DNA from: Mycobacterium tuberculosis H37Rv
GTDB taxonomy: Bacteria; Actinomycetota; Actinomycetes; Mycobacteriales; Mycobacteriaceae
Direction of reading: 5' to 3'
DNA: 32,000 nt
Assembly: GCF_000195955.2 (NCBI RefSeq)
Contig: NC_000962.3
Coordinates: 3,150,001 to 3,182,000, forward strand
The first letter of the stretch is position 1; every line of letters starts with the position of its first letter. A program made the translations under genes and the position numbers. The notes under the pieces were generated by a model. The model did not search any database. It was given only the letters and a program-made list of their open reading frames with translations, and was not told the origin of the DNA. Below, one piece after another: positions 30,548-32,000 of this stretch.

Positions 30548-31762
30548 CTACTGGAAAAGCCTAATCGGGTTGACCAGGTCGGCGGTGACGGTCAAGAGCA
30601 TGTACCCGACGACAAGAACCAAGACCACATAGGTCGCCGGCAAGAGTTTGAGGTAATTCACCGGTGCGGCCGCCACCTTGCCACGAGCCGACCGGACCAT
30701 GTTGCGGATCCTCTCGAACACCGCGACGGCAATATGGCCGCCATCGAACGGCAGCAACGGCAGCAGGTTGATCGCAGCCAGGATGAGGTTCAGCTGGGCC
30801 AAGAAGAACCAGAACGCCACCCACAGCCCATGGTCGACGGTGTCGCCGCCGATGATGCTGGCGCCCACCACACTTATCGGCGTCTGCGGGTCACGCTGCC
30901 CGCCGCCGATCGCCCGCACCAGCGCACCTACCTTGGTCGGGAGGGCGGCCAGCGCCTTGCCCACCTCCACGGTCAGGTCGCCGGTGACCGCGAATGTGGC
31001 CGGCATGGCGGAGAACACGCCGTAGCGCACAGGCCCGACCCGGGCGGCGCCCACCCCAATCGCACCGACCGTTGCCGGCTGGAGCTCACCGCCCTGCCCG
31101 TTAGGGATCCAGCGTTGGGTGGATTCGATGTCCACGTAGGTAACAATCGCGGTGCCGTCACGCTCGACAACGATCGGGACGCTGCCGTGTGACTTGCGCA
31201 CCGCGGCGGCCATCTCGTCGAAACTGGACACCGGGGTGTCACCGACCTTGACCACGACGTCACCGGAGCGAATTCCGGCCAGCGCCGCCGGACCGGGCCC
31301 GGTGCACTGCTCGAGCTTGCCCTGGCTCACTTCCTGTGCAACGCAGCCAGTTTCGCCGATTACGGCCCTGGTTGGCGGATGCAGGTTAGGCAGCCCCCAG
31401 ACCAGCGCGATGGCATAGATCAGCACCAGGCAGATAGCGAGGTTCATTCCGGGCCCGGCGAATAACACTGCGACCCGCTTCCAGGTGGCCTGCTTGTACA
31501 TCGCACGGTCACGTTCGTCGGGGTCGAGTTCCTCGACCGGGGTCATGCCGGCGATGTCACAGAAGCCGCCCAGCGGAACGGCTTTGACACCGTATTCGGT
31601 CTCGCCGCGCCGGGTCGACCACAACGTGGGGCCAAAGCCGACGAAATAGCGACGTACCTTCATCCCGGTGCGGCGCGCGACCCACATGTGACCACATTCG
31701 TGCAGGGCCACCGAAATCAGGATCGCGAGCGCGAACAGCACAATGCCGGTAACAAACATCAT
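30548..31762 (-). CDS. rip1: Site-2 / intramembrane zinc metalloprotease
   Basis: 404 aa; [16 protein letters not shown] (HExxH), PDZ segment, [13 protein letters not shown]. Confidence 0.94.
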
Positions 31763-31769
31763 CGAGGTG

Positions 31770-32000
31770 TCAGGACCTTTCTAACGTCGATGCGTGTCGA
31801 CCCGCTGCGCCCGGCTTCGCCGTGCTTGCGATCGCCACCGAAGCCATACCAGATACCGCGCGCTGCGCTCGCTCGCGGGCCCAGCGCTGCGCGTCGAGTA
31901 CGTCATCCACGGTAGCGGGTTCGACGGCCCATTGGTCGGCAGCGTGCAACACGTCGGCGATGATGCCGACGATGGCCGGGAAGCCGATCCGGCCAGCAAG
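31770..32000 (-). CDS. dxr: 1-deoxy-D-xylulose 5-phosphate reductoisomerase, C-terminal part (truncated by window edge)
   Basis: Minus-strand frame open to the window end: [76 protein letters not shown]. Confidence 0.92.
31796..31839 (-). repeat. Single copy of the dispersed palindromic repeat in the 3' coding end of dxr, opposite orientation to the other copies
   Basis: Reverse complement GGTGGCGATCGCAAGCACGGCGAAGCCGGGCGCAGCGGGTCGAC closely matches the unit at 21468. Confidence 0.88.

Overview
The window is a gene-dense, high-GC stretch of a Mycobacterium tuberculosis complex chromosome. Protein sequences and gene order match the H37Rv Rv2843-Rv2870c neighbourhood from memory; no database was consulted. 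Most of it is well-known chromosomal content: proS, efpA, cysG, cobB, cobO, a Mg/Co-chelatase-like protein, mqo, PE_PGRS48, an alpha/beta hydrolase, mtr, nicT, a four-gene set resembling gamma-glutamyl (Puu-like) amine catabolism, mapB, vapBC23, a penicillin-binding lipoprotein, relFG, ispG, rip1 and the 3' end of dxr. I did not find a convincing new defence system, CRISPR array, or transposon. The signals most worth a second look are: (1) one dispersed palindromic GC-rich element at four sites, two of them 54-bp tandem arrays, with three of the four sites in annotated coding sequence; (2) a decayed hypB-like GTPase next to the nickel permease, split over three frames; (3) a near-perfect 29-bp-arm inverted repeat just 3' of mapB without a U-tract, and a second 16-bp-arm hairpin at the 3' end of cobB; (4) VapB-like coding sequence upstream of the first usable vapB start codon; (5) a small orphan ORF or gene fragment at about 28196; (6) an inverted repeat in the relFG promoter region.
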